DNA from: Catajapyx aquilonaris
Lineage: Eukaryota
Reading direction: 5' to 3'
Assembly (NCBI GenBank): GCA_000934665.2
Contig: KZ538090.1
Coordinates: 1 to 64,000 of the forward strand
Length of the DNA stretch: 64,000 bases
The notes beneath the pieces were generated by a model. That model was not told the origin of the DNA and did no database searches. It saw nothing but the letters and a program-made list of their open reading frames with translations. Shown here piece after piece: positions 49,350 to 63,500 of this stretch. The translations under genes were made by a program, and so were the position numbers. The stretch's first letter is position 1; every line of letters starts with the position of its first letter.

Positions 49350-49418
49350 CGCGGGGCCCCCCACAAGCGCGGGGCTCCGGGCGGTCGCCCGGACTGCCCA
49401 CCCCTAAGGCCGGCTCTG
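48971..49418. mobile_element. hAT-type MITE (448 bp) with 8-bp TSD, containing (CT)n
   Basis: TIRs CAGGGCCGGCCCTAGG / CCTAAGGCCGGCTCTG; TSD GTCACGGC at 48963-48970 and 49419-49426; repeated GCGGGGCC subterminal motifs. Confidence 0.88.
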
Positions 49419-49624
49419 GTCACGGCACTCGTTAGCGCCCTTTGCCCCGAGGCTCTGGATGACCCATCTGTGGATAGAAATGCTTGTAATATTCCTTCGT
49501 GTGACCTCGTAGGGCAGTGTAATTAGCCGCGGCGGGTAAGGACACGGGAAGGGCAGACCAAACTCGCTTTAGAAAGAATGAGTAGTAACGCAATGGTCTC
49601 TATATGGTCTATTGTAGATGCAAG

Positions 49625-51311
49625 ATGAACTCAGGTGAGCACTATTTCTTTGGCCTCTGCAATGCGTGCAAGCAGCCCCCTCCACGGAACACCACCCTGA
49701 AGGGGTGTGACAAGTGCCAGATGGTGTTCTATTGCAACCGTGAACACCAAGATCAGGACAGGAGCAAGCATGAACAACTGTGCAACTTCATCGTTAAATC
49801 TGGAGGGCAGGAGGGTCTGAGGCTGTGTCGCATTGAAGGGGATTGCAACTTGTCAAACTGGCAGCAGGTCAGGATGGAATCCATGCAAAAGGCAGAAGCC
49901 GCACTCAAGAGGCCCCTCAGCACAGCAGAGAGAGAAATATTCCTCTTCCCACCAATCTGTGAAGTGTGTGGGACGCATGGGGAGGACCTGAGGACATGCA
50001 ATAGTTGTCAAAGCACTGCCTTCTGCTGCCGGGCACATTTGGAGATAATATTTGATACGCATCTCCGGTGAGTATCGTACTCAGAAAGTCAGCATTTCTG
50101 CGCGAGCATAATATATTGCTTGGGAAATGGGGCTGGATTTGCCCAACTGACTTGACATGTCATTTTCTAGCAGCTCTGTGCATAATTGCATTGTTACTTA
50201 CATTATGACACATTCACAGTATGTTTATACCTTGTGATCATGGAAAGTTACTCCTTGTTATTGGTTTACCAGTATACCAGTATAGTTGTACAAGTAACAC
50301 ATACAATGTAGACAATGTGTACCTCTTAACAGGTGGTGTCCATGGCTGAAGAATGCTATTGACTGCATTGGATGTTCAATCCCAGATTCATCCAGGCCTG
50401 CCATCCCACTGAATCATGTACCCCCACATGTTCCCATGAGCCCTCAGGAACCTTTGGTAGCTTTTCCCAAATCCATGGTGTCACTGCTAACTGGCAAGAA
50501 TGGATGTGGGCCTGTGGATCCTCAACTGGCCTTGATAAGTGAAGGCCTGTCCTTCTCTCTGACACTCTTGCATGTACTTCATAAGACAGGAGTGAACCAG
50601 GGTAAAGCTCTGGTCAAAGCAGAAGAACTGACAGTACATGTAATTGGAGCAGAGGATCCCACAGAGTGTGGGGTGAATGTGAGATGGGAAGATACATTCC
50701 ATTATCTCCCCTGCCTCAAAACGCTTAACCTGATCTTTATAGGACCAACGCTTCACAGTGACCTCCCCTTGAAAATGGAGATTCCCATGGGTACAATATG
50801 CAAAGAATGCTACCAGGAAGGACGGGAACTCAACATGGAGTTTTTGAGAATGCCATACCATGCATACGTGCAAGGGGGAAAGCAAGAAGAATCCCTCAAA
50901 GCCAACAACAAAGTTAGCCCTTCCACCAGCAATGAAGAATCACAAGACCTGGGTGAACCAGAAGTGAAAGGAGATAGCCCTGTTGAAAATAACTGGAAGG
51001 TCCATACCCCTGATGTGCTGGTGGCTTACAACTGTGGTTTTAGTGACAGGGACAGTCCCTGGGGCCCCACTCTCCCACTCCTGCTTGGTTGGAACTCAAC
51101 GCCACTGATTCTAACTGGATACTCTATAGGCGAGATGATGCAAGACTTGATTGGGCTTCAGCGACACTGTCAGGGAGAAGTTCAAGTGTTGATCACACCT
51201 CATCAAAACCCATTCAGGAGCCTCAGGCCAGTTCGAGACTGGCTCAAAGAAGATGGAATCCCTGTGTTTTTTCTAAATAGCCACTATGCAGTGGTGTGCA
51301 AGCCTCAATGA
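49625..51311 (+). CDS. Double MYND zinc-finger protein with an MSS51/ZMYND15-like C-terminal domain; 2 exons, 473 aa
   Basis: Exons 49625-50067 and 50333-51311 (phase 2, GTGAGT/AACAG). First finger CNAC..LKGCDKCQMVFYCNREHQDQDRSKHEQLC; second finger CEVC..CNSCQSTAFCCRAH..HLRWC. The C-domain reads SEGLSFSLTL, LTVHVIGAE, LNLIFIGP, PDVLVAYNCGF, PLILTGYS, NPFRSLRP. Confidence 0.85.
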
Positions 51312-51592
51312 TCAAAAGTCAATCAAAATTTGTACATGATATAATATATTTTTTTACCTATGGAATGTTCTCACAAATTTGCAATGAAATGTACAAATCT
51401 GATTTTAGCCGCACCGGATAAATGTACGTGTGACACAACTGGTGTGCGAGATTCAACCAATTTCATATCGCAGGACTAGAACCCAAAATCTTTAACACGT
51501 ACCCATCAACAAAAATCATAATGTGATGCAGTAAATATACATACTGACTCTATAAAATACATATGTAGCCTTTGCTTTCTACAGTGGTAATA

Positions 51593-54500
51593 TCAGCCAA
51601 AGAGAAAACTAGTGGCTTCTGCAGCTTTGACCCTAACTTCCTTGCTTGGGTCCTTCAAGAGTAGTGCCAATCCAGTGCAGACTTGTTGCAGGTCAATGTC
51701 AATCCGATCATCCTCATTTACGTTCCCATACAGCAGGCCTGGAAATGTTAATTAATGTTACTAAAGGAAGAGTGGCTATAAAAAAATATAAAAATAAGCA
51801 CAGACCTATAAGAACAGCTGCATTTCCTTTCATTATTGGCTGGCTGGACTTGAAGTACTGAATAGAGCTGCGGATGTATAAAGATATTTTGTCTGCCAGT
51901 TCAACAACCTGCAAAACAAAAATATCACTAATGTACAAATGAAAGTACAAATTCCTTGAGCAAAGGAGTGAGCACGAGGAAGACAGAGAGAAATAAAGGT
52001 TGAATTATTGCAGAGCAGGAAACTCGAAATATTTTCAGTGGAGGGTGTTCCTAATTTTTATGTCGGACGAAAAAGGTCAAGTTTTGCATTTTCTTTTTGA
52101 TTCTGGAATCGCAGAAATAGGAGATACTGGGTCACAAATTTTACACTTTAAAACTGCTTTATTTGTACTCTAAATTTCCCAGCAACATGAGATGCTGACA
52201 AATTTTTCAGCAGTGACAGTTCAAATAAACAGTACACTGTAATGACAGGAGAACTAAAATATAATGACAGAGTTCATTGAACTTCTGCAAGGTGAATATG
52301 AGGGGTTGGACAATCAGGTGAATGACTGGTAAATCTGGTACATTTTTGTGAGAATGCCCTTTGGCTGTATGCCCTGTGACCTTTTCCTGTCGCACTGGTA
52401 ATAACATAATCACAAGTGTTATGACTTCACATTTCGGAGCCAACACCACAACCATTTTTACCAATTAAAATGCATTATTTGAATATTTGCCCAATTGTTG
52501 TTAAAAGTTACTCCACTGCCACAATCCTTTCTTGCGTTAATGGGTAACAGTAATTGCATTTTTACCAGTTTGTAGATGTGAGTGCAATAATCTCTACAGC
52601 ATACTAGTTATATGAGTTATTACCAAAATCTATACGTCAAAGAAATGTATGATTAATAATAAATAATAATGTGATTGCATGAATTAATCAAGTTGTCACT
52701 TTTTGTATTTAAAAATACAACCAAAATCTTGGCCAAAAGTGTTTATGTAGGAGCCAGCCTTGGCTTACCTTGAATAGTTTGGTGCTAATAAATATTCTCT
52801 TTTCTACAGTTACCTTGCATTCTATTAGAAGTATGTTACATCCTTACCCGCGTCCAATAAGTAAACATTCATTAGGTTCCTAGCCTTCAGAGGAGAAAAC
52901 CTTTTGACCTGCAATCTGCATTACAAAACTCACCATGATTTTGGCCAGACTGGTGATGAACCCAGCATAGTTGAGCTGTGCTTCATCAATAAGGTGCCTC
53001 TGCAACATAGCATTGGTCTGTTTGGCCTCTATGAGTACTCCAATCTGCCTCAGGCTGTGCTTGCAGGCCTTTACCACTTGTGGGCTCTGGTCATTGAGAT
53101 GCAGCAGGAGGGGCACCATGTTGCCATGCACCTGCTCCACAAATCCCTCTGATGGCTCTCCACCACATCCACCCCATCCAAAGAGGGCAAGGTCTCCAAA
53201 CAACCTGAAAGTGGCAGCTCTGACGCCATCATACTCCTTCTCCTGGTATGGCTTGATCCGCAGGGAGACATTTACAGCTATCTCCTGCACGGTTGGACGC
53301 TCCACTAGGGAAAGGATGCGTGACAGGCCCACCATCGCTTCTACAGTCACCAGGAATCCTGGGTCCTCCCGATCACCCAAGCCATTAAGCATGGCAGACA
53401 GTACTGTTTTGGAGCAGCGCTCAACCTGGTTGAAACAGAGATGCAAGGTGAGAGACAATGATTGGAATGTCTAAAATGCCTAGATCTTAACATTTTTTCT
53501 TTCTTCCTGTTCCATCATCATGTTTGTGGGAGGAAGGGTGGTGAGTTTTTTTTAAGATCAGCCTTATGCAGGATATTTGGCATGCAGAGTGGAAAATGTG
53601 CCTAATGCAAACATGCCTACTGTTTGACGGCAGGGTTGGGAACTTGCCCAATTTCAGATAAGTAATCTAGGATATGCACAAAAGTGTAAACGGGACATGT
53701 CAAGTTTTTATCACAATTCAACTGGGTCCTGACCACACCTTTCACCATGGTGTAAAAGCAACTACCAAAAAGCACTGATAACTTCATCGCTAGAACATGG
53801 AAAACAGTTCACCACAATCTTGTTAGACTACTTGCACACATACCTCAACCTCATTCAATGTCACTACAAGCATGGCAACAAAGTTCGCATTGCCACAACA
53901 AAAACTTCCAAAATATTTTCTCATTACTCCAAAACTCACACATTTAACAATCTGACAGAAAGAGTGAAAGTGTCATTTATTCCAAACCAACAATCTATAC
54001 ACAAAGCATGCATTTGTTGGTTGGGAATAAAGCATAATGTTCCAGAAGTCAACCCATACTTTTATTGCTGGAACTCATATGAACTCTTAAGTTGACATAC
54101 TGCGTAAAAAGCACGACAGCGGATGGTATAAGTAATCATGCAATCTGCATGGTTCTTTTCCATGATTCGACTTGAGTTGGCTTGGCAACTTGGACTCTCA
54201 TGATGCTAAGAGCTGACTTTTGGAAACATGATATGTGTGATGAATGTGTTTCTCCAACACTTGGGAAAAGTTAGATTAAAGGTACAGCTTTAGCCCATCA
54301 ATTTCAAATCAAACCACCACACCACCAGTTAAAAGTGACTCACCCCAATCCATTCCAGAACAGTTTGCTGCTAAGAATTTCAAGACTCAATTACTGTCAC
54401 TCCTATTGTCATTCGGAAGCATTGCAGAATTCCCCAGTTTAATAAATAATCACCTGTTCTTTTCCTAGTTCACCAACATATCCTAGCCCTCTTATGGACA

Positions 54501-57500
54501 GTCTTCTGACAGTGGGGGATCCATCTGCTAGGCACGCAATAAGACTATTCAGGATGCTTTCAGTAAGGGTGTAGTCCCCATTGCACTGGACCCTTATCAG
54601 CTCCGAATAGAAGGCAGCAGCTGCAATTCGATGAGCCTCTACACTGCTGCCAAGAGCCTGCCCCAGAGCTGGCACAAGCTTTGGAAGGACATATGTAGCA
54701 CTGCTGCACACATTCCTGTGATATTATTTATTGCATAATTAGAAGTTAATTTTTTAACAAAAGAAGCCTTGCATTGTTCACAGCTCTTAAATATTCACAC
54801 ACCTGGCAAGTAAAGAAACAGCATCGACGAAGCAGCTCATATCTTCATTAACTTCCACCTGCCTGCAGTGGACCAAACCTTCAGCAACAGCTTCAAACTT
54901 GGCACACATCAGAAAAGCCTTGAACCCCTCCAAGACAACTCTGCAATGACATTAAACCCTCGTTGGAAGCACATATTCTTCTTAAAGCAACAATTAAAGC
55001 AGCCTGACCTGACAGGATTGATTTTGTATGCTCCTCTGTTAGGAACAAATGAAAACTTGCTGTCTCCCTTCCTGTCTCCCTGCTGTGGGTTGTATATGGG
55101 AGGACTTGCTCCCACATAGCTACCCAAAGCAAGGAGAAACACGCAGAATAACTTGGGAAACTCAAACTTGCTAAGCTCTTCCATCTCGGCCCGAAGAAAC
55201 ATCTCTTTCATAGCGCTCAGTGCCTGAAAAATTTCCATTCAGTCCAGACAGAATTCCACGCTAAAAGAGATACTCACAGAGAAAGGCAACAGGACAACAA
55301 CTTTGGCAACACACTTGTTGTATGAATCTCTTTGCTCCTCATATGGTGGGGTGTGATTAATCAAATCCACAAAGTGATCCACTATACTTCTAGAAAGGGT
55401 TTTATCTTCTGCCAGGACTCTCCAACAGCCAGTAACAAACCTGAAAGTGGTACACAATTAGGCATTATGATAAAAATTGCAGTTAAGAAGAATTGAGCCT
55501 TACTCATCAAAAGGAAGAGGGTAGTTGAGCAGGGTAGAGACAACTGCCTTGAGGTGATGAGAAGCCAGGTTTCGCACTGACCTTACTGTGCCCACTTTGG
55601 TTTTCAGGCAACTTATTACTTGTGCTTTCTGATGCAGAAATGCTGAAGTCAAAATTAATATTATTAACAAATTCGTCACTTTGCCAAACCCAATTCAGGA
55701 TCCTTAATTTTTAAAATAGACTGGGCATGAATGGGTGAGGTAATTCAGGCTTCAAATTCTTGGTGTCTCTTGGCGCTATTCAGCAAAAATGCATACAACA
55801 ATAGTGCTACAACTATGAATTTGTATTCTTGCGAAGATTTCTGCAAACTTATGTACAAGCACAAAGTGGATATGAGCAGGTGTCTCAGATCTTTCTGCAG
55901 ATAATGTTGCCTTTCCTCAGGCGTAATATTACCCTTCAAATAGCAGAAATTAACTTTTTTACCAATCATAAATATAAGACACATGCTGTAAAGAAAGAGT
56001 AAGCAAATGGACTTTTAGATACTGACAATTTCCTTATTGATCAGAGCTATTTAGTCCAAAACAAGTTGTTTAATTAACCTTGCCACCCGTATAATTTCTC
56101 AGGAATGCAGCAAAATACTAGAAAAGTTTTCCGAAACTTCCTGGTTGAACCAATAACATTTAGAATATAGTTTGAGAAATGCTGAATTTGGTTTCACATA
56201 ATGTCCTGGTTTATCGTGACTACCTCTTCTTATGGAAATGTTGATGGGACACCACTCAATGCTAATGCATTTATTAATGGACAGACACCCTGCAGGCAGT
56301 TTCTTACCTATAATTTCAGGCACATGCTGATGCAGATCTGCTCCTCTGTGCTTAAGGAGATAGTTAAGCACCACAAGAGTGCCATTTGAGCTTAGGGTGT
56401 GTGGATCCAACAAACCCTCCAGCAGGCACTGTAGGAAAGCCATCAGCTGGTACTGAGGAACTTTACCACTCAACACCTGGCAGAAAAATTGTCAGTGAAA
56501 TTATGTAATGCATCTGTAGAAGTGTGCACCACTATATCACTGTCAACTGACTGCAGGCCAACATAACTGATATTTTCATTGGCGCAAATAGCATTGACAG
56601 TGAAGCATAATTTACCACAAGGTGCCCCAGCAAATAGACATGGTGCCACAAATTTATCCAAAAGAAAGCCTGCAGTACTACCCTTCCACATGCACTGATT
56701 ATGCTTCCAACACGAGTCAAAATTGAACTTACAGTTAGTGCCAATGTGACTGATGAAATTCCTTCAGGGCACACTTCGTGAACCAAGTAAAGAAATCAAA
56801 CCTTTGCAATGCTCTCAGTAACTTGGAAGAGAGCCTGGGGACTCTCGACATTGATTTCAGCTTGCACCTGCAGTAGAGAATCAACCAAAAGATCCTCATG
56901 GTCAACGGAATGTCCATCATAGCGGGCAGCTATCTTGAGCACCAGCCACACGCAATACACAGCCACTCCTCTTACAGGTAGGTGTGGGTCAGTGCAGCGA
57001 GGCACTAACAAGGCTAGCAGCACACAACTCTGCTTAAATGTGTCCGGGGTCTAACAGAAGGCAGAGAAAATACAAGTGAAACCTACAGACATAATACAAA
57101 TTGACAATTTAAAAATAAACTATCTCCATAAAGACAGTTACAATACTGCTACCACAGACGGCTCTCTCCATGCCACCTACTCTAATTATTATTTGTTAAG
57201 AACTTGCTCTGCTGTAATTTTTCAAATCCGAGGGTCATTTTAAAATTAAGTTCCGATGAGCTGTTAATGAAAAACTGGAGTGACTTTAAAAAAATTCAAT
57301 ACTTACAAAAGTTAGCTACATTCTTATACTATTTTTCCGCCTAGTCACCATCCCGATTGAATCACCTTTCATACCGCAGCAGCATCTCTTGTATGCCTGC
57401 CCAATAGAAGGTTGCTGCCTGGCTGCTGAGTCAACCTATCACACTTTTTCAGCTCTTCCTTGTTCTTGAACCCACTACATGCACAACGCTTGTGATAGCA

Positions 57501-60500
57501 TAGCTTTCCTGTGACAATTTCATAAAGAGCTGAACTCAAAATTTGGGAAAAATCATCAGACAGGTCCGAAATTGTGACGTGGTGGGCTCTAAACCAACTG
57601 TTGACTTTTCAACAACTTGTCAGTCGCCACAGACTTTCTCTCATGACCTTCCTCATTATGGGCATCATTTCGTCCTTCTTGAAAATTCCCATTCAGAAAC
57701 GTCACTCATGCACTTTTCTCCATATTACATTACACGATCTCCTATGAATTTTGGCTGCAATATGTCCTTCAGCTTGGAGAAATCTAATTACAGGGCGAAC
57801 ATAGTATTTGGCGGGAGAGTCGATTGTATTAAGGTTAGAAAAGATGGTGCCACGTTATGACAAGTGACTCAATAGGGAAGGTGACTATGTGGAAAAGTGG
57901 CAGAAGGATTACTCTAACTTTTGTAAGTATTAAAATATTTTTCATTGCTCTTGTTCTGATTTTACAGCTCATCGGAACTTAGTTAAAAAATAGCCCTCAT
58001 ATTTAATCATAAGACATTATTATTAATCCATAAAGACCTAAAATTAATTTTCTCATGGGAACCTCTTTTTCTGGGAATGGATTTAGGTGGAACCTCAAAT
58101 AATTGTGCTGATGATACACATGTGAAATTACAAAAAGAAATGAGATATCCAGTTAACTCAGAGTAAATTTAAGAAAGTCCTCTCCAAGAAATCCATTGAC
58201 ATTCTGGGATAATAATTGTAGAATGACTGAATCAATACCTAAAATAGGTATCCCCAGAACCTTTCACTTACTGTTAGAGGTATGCAGATGGCATGATAAT
58301 ACTAACCCCTATCCCAAATTGTGCACTGTATTGAAAGCATTCTAGGGCACATTGCATGCTGGCCACTGCCAACTCTCTGTGCTGCGATACATCACATCGC
58401 ATCCAGTAGGCAGCAGCCACCACAAAGTCATTTAAGACACGAGGATCCCCTGCCTGGAAGACCATCTCCTGCAGCAAGCCATTGAATGAATCCAGGACAT
58501 TCTTGCGTCTAGCTGACTCTTGCTCAGACTCATTCAGGAGAGGAAACACAACATCCAAACAAAGCTTCATGGTGCGGATCCTTTCTTCCTCTGATTGTTT
58601 TGGTGGAAGTTTACTGTGCAATCATTAAGGAAGGCACTGTATGAGGTAAAAGTTACGGACCATTCAAAAAGGATACAGAAGACTTGTGAGTGTGTCCAGA
58701 AGAAGGCAGTACATGTGGGACTCATTCCCAACTTCCAGAAATGAGGTCACATACTTGAGAAGATCATCTCTGCGCTGAAGAACAACTGTCGCTTTCTCTG
58801 TGTGTACTGAATCAGCAATGGATCGCGTTGCTCGGACTGCTGCCTCTCGCAGCTGCAGCTGTGACAAGTTGTTCTGAAATTGTGACCATTAGCACAATTG
58901 CAACATTTAAAAAGTGACTTTTCATTTTACCTTAGCAATCTGTAGTTGTGGAATAATAAACCCAGAGAGGATGAAATCAACATGAGCAATGAACTCCATG
59001 CTGGGAGAATCTGAGGCCACGTGAGAGTAGCAGAGCATGAGAAATATCCTGACCCTGTCTTGCTCTGCATCAGCTTTGGAATCTTTCATAAATCCCAGGA
59101 TACCACTTGACTTCTTGCTCAGGTCACTCTTTGCTGTTGCCTCTAGTCTGGCCAGCACTATGTCCAAATGTACTCCTGCACACATTCCCATAGCCACAGC
59201 ACATGCCTACAATAATTACAAGGAGTAAGTGAAATCACACTTCATTGTGCAATGTTACAGGAAACAACCAACCTCTTGTTCCACTGAATTTGAGTGGCGA
59301 ACAGAATGGACAATGGAATCCACCAGCTGCTTGGCAAACTGCTTCTCATCTGACTTGCAGGCTATGTAAGCCAGGCATTTCATCATAAATGCCCTGTCTT
59401 CAGGCCAATCATCATATAGGCTGATCTGATCCAAAATAGCTGCACTCAATGCGGCATTCCAACTCTGTTGATCCAGCTCAGTCAGGGTCTCGCCAAGGAA
59501 ATTCAGCACTTGGGACTGCCATTTCAAAATTTCCAGATTATTGGATGAATCTACACATGAAGAATACAATAATTATTTAGAACAGTGTGTGCCATATTTG
59601 TACACTGTCAGCACACCTTCCAAGATCTGGATGAGCTTTGGTACTTTTTGGTCCCACAGGTAGCACAACTGCTTCCCAATATTGGGGGCAAAATGCTTCA
59701 GGAATGTAAGCACATGGACACCTCTGCTGGACACCACTGGATTACCAAGGAGAACCAACAGCCTTGCAAACAGAGCCTCATTGCTCTTGATATCTGTAGT
59801 TCATTTTAAAATATCTCTTGTAAGGCACTGACTGTGAACACATGGTTTGATAATTATTGGATACTCATGCAACAGTTAGGTAATAAACCTAACACCCAGG
59901 GCAAAATGCAGCCCCACAAATTTAATCGAGATCATAGCCGTAACCATGCTTTGTTGCAAAGCATTTGCCACCACATCATGTGCAAAATTAATATTAGAAT
60001 AACATGCATATACACTAGGTTCCATGTATAAATTAACCTAGCATATCATGCCATATTGTCAAGAAATAAGAAACACTGAAGAGCGACAGAAAGGGCAAAA
60101 AACATAGCAGCAAGAAATATCTCTTTGTTAACGAGAAATACACAATGTCTATGGAATTAATTTCTCAGCTTTTTGAAAGCAACTTACATTAAACTTACAT
60201 TAATTAACATGTGTACATTAGCCTGCTTCACACATTACTACATTTCAGCCCTTAATTACTCGCTCATCCTAATTCATAACATTACAGTGCAATGCTGAAA
60301 CAAAATAGAACCACCCCTTATTATTGACAAAATATGCTGCAAAACATAAAGAGAAGGCTATTTGACGTGATGAAAACTAAAAATTGCTACAATCCCCTCC
60401 CAGAAGAAGCACTGTTCAGCCAACACTCACTGACAAACTGGAAATCCATGCGAAAGAGCATGTCTCCACCTTCCTCCTGCCTCTTTGCAGCCAGATGTCC

Positions 60501-63500
60501 CAGGCTCTTGAGGATAGCTGGAGCAGCTGGTGTATACTCAGCCACCATGACATACTCCAGAAGGTGGGGCCAGAGCATCTTCTCAGCCTTGCCACCAGCC
60601 ATGCTGAGAAGGTGCAATGCAGACTCACATATGTGGCGGACAGACTCATTGCTGACTTCGGCATCTCCTGCTGCAGATCGCTTCCCATGCGACGGAACTG
60701 AGTCCCCAAGGCAGCACTGCTTCACTATGAACTCCATGAAGTCCTTGCCTTCTGGCTGGTCCAGGTGGCCATGATGGGCCAATGCTACCACTATCTGGAC
60801 CAGCACTTGCTTCACCTGGTAATTAGAAACACTTAATTTCCTATTCCAGTCAATGGAGTGTTACCTATGCAATTCCCTCTTGTCAAGGGAACCTAAAGAA
60901 AGCTCAATTCTACAGAGTAAAAACTTGATGTACAATGTGATTGGAAGCATATTAACACACCTTGTTATTCCCATCTGTTAACAATGAATGAAGGGTGGTG
61001 ACAATGGTCTGAATATGCAAGTTGAGATTGGCTGCTGATGAATTTACTAAATGTTTCAGTATGTACAAGGCTCCGGTTCTCATTTTTTCATTTCCACTTT
61101 CCAGGCGCTGGACAATGAAACAAACCACTCGGTCAGAATGGCTACAAACTGAAAAGAAGTGGAATCACAGTTTACAAAGAGGCACACTGAACACAATGAA
61201 TTTACTATCACTCTGCTCTCCAATACGTAGAATAACCCAAAATGAAAACTGCTTTGCTAAATTATTTAATGATACAACTTTAAATGCCTGCATATGAAAT
61301 ATGCATAACTTACTATAGGCTACAGATCATGAATACTGCTTTTACTCTAGCATCGAGGATTAATATTCTCTAATTGTACTGTATTAAATGCAACTTATCG
61401 GCTTCTCATCAAAAAAAAACATGCAACATTTTAAAGCACATCATCATTTGCTCACCTAAAATATCAAAGCATCGCAAGACTTCACAATGATTCTTGACTG
61501 TCATTGGTTGCGAATAGTCTGGAGCAGCTGACACCTTAAAAAGTCAAAGTAAACCATAAATAAGTTCCTATAGTCATAAATTACTGCATTTGAAGGCATA
61601 TAAAATGCATGGGCATATAAGACGCACCTTCACTTCAACATATCATATTCAGGGGGGAAAAAAAAGTTCTTGGTGTATTTTCGCATGTAAGATGCATGGT
61701 GATTTTTTGAGCAAATTGGTTTTTGTTGTTTTGGTTTGTTTGTTTTGGGTTGTTTTTTNNNNNNNNNNNGGGGGGGGGGGGGGTAGTGTGTCTTATTTGC
61801 CATCAAATACAGCAAATGAAATTTCATTCATACCTGTGAAAAGAGGGTATTCAGTAAAACATCTAATGTTGAATCCAGAGCTTCAGGATTCATTTTCCCC
61901 ACTGCATCTAGGACCATTGCCATACACAGAGTAATGTGATATGGCTCTGAATGTCTACGATAAAGAGACAACAATCCAGGGATCAATTTTGGAACATCTT
62001 CCATCAATTTCTGGGTGCTCATCAAATAGCTCATCTGTCCGATTGCTTCCAACACACTTTGTCGCACCTAAAAATGAAATTTCCATATCATTGAAAATTA
62101 ATTGTTCAAATAAATAAGAAAAAAATCTAATCAGGAATGTTAAAAATTGTAGCAACCTTTGGTTCCCTGCTGTTCAGCCATACACTGAAAAGTATGTCAT
62201 ATGCTACGTCAATTTCAGTGCAAAAAAACTCCCTCTTGACAGACTTGTCAGGAGCACTGTCAATGTTCACCAGGTAGTCAGAAATGGCTTCGCTGAATTT
62301 GGCAAATGCTACAAAATACATAAAGGAATCACAATATTAACAGGATTGCATGCAAGAAATGTACACTTTACACCTTATGCTAACAAAGCATCATCTTGTC
62401 AGTTACCAATAAGTATAATTCATAGTTCTGCAAATGCCTGGGTAAAACAGAGTTCCTCTTGCTTTCACTTATCTCAACCATAAATTACAACTCCTGTCAC
62501 ATGACTGATAACCAAAATAAAGTACCCTGACATTTTAAGTGACCATCGATCAGGAAGTTCCTAGACATAGCAGCATCATAAACTGGCCATGAACTGGGCA
62601 AGAAACACATGGGGATGACCTTTGCCATGGATCGGAAGAGATGACTAGTATATGTATCTCAGTTTCAGGCCAAGCCTCCTAGAGAGCAACACGTTTGCTA
62701 GTGAATATGCTGCACCTGTCAAGTGGATAGTTCACGTTCGAATGTTCCATCTGTTACTAATAAATGAAGAATGCATTCCATATGAAAAATTATATTATTG
62801 ATTTATAAATATATTGCGGCACTCTTAGCAGCTTAGATTAAGATATGGATTTGATTTCATATCTGAAAATCATACTGAGTCATACATTCACATGGCAGAC
62901 GTATACTTCAAGCATGATGCACACCAGTGCAGTGGTGGCAGGAAAACACAAAATTTCATGTCCACAAATTTCTCTGCTCATCCATTTTCTTGCCCAGGGG
63001 AAAAAACAAAACGTGTATCCCAGCCACAAAGGCCCAAAGGCTGCCATAGTGGGCATTCCAATTGAAATGTTCCTGTCAGCAATTTTGTTCTAAACTACTT
63101 TTTTAAAAACAGTTACTGAAGTAGTTGCTTTAGCAGGTTCATTGAAGTCTTAACTCATAATATTAAGCTGAACTGAATGGTGTGTCCAAGCCCTAAATCA
63201 CAGTGAATGAACAATGGGCATCGAATTTCAGGTGTAACCGATATTTTTACAGGGCACACCCCTTTCTAGGCATAAAAAATACGGGTCAACAAAATATTAT
63301 ATTACCACATTTTGACAACCACTGAGAGTATTAATAAAAAGTAAGTGTTTGAAAAAAGGACCCTAGTGCCAAAAAATTGCTAACCAAAATGGTTATTTTA
63401 CTTGGAACATCATGTATGTAGAATCATGTATGTAGAAGAAGGCCTAGAGATGAAGTGCTTCTAAACCTATTTCTGACACAAAAATAAATTGATTCAACAA

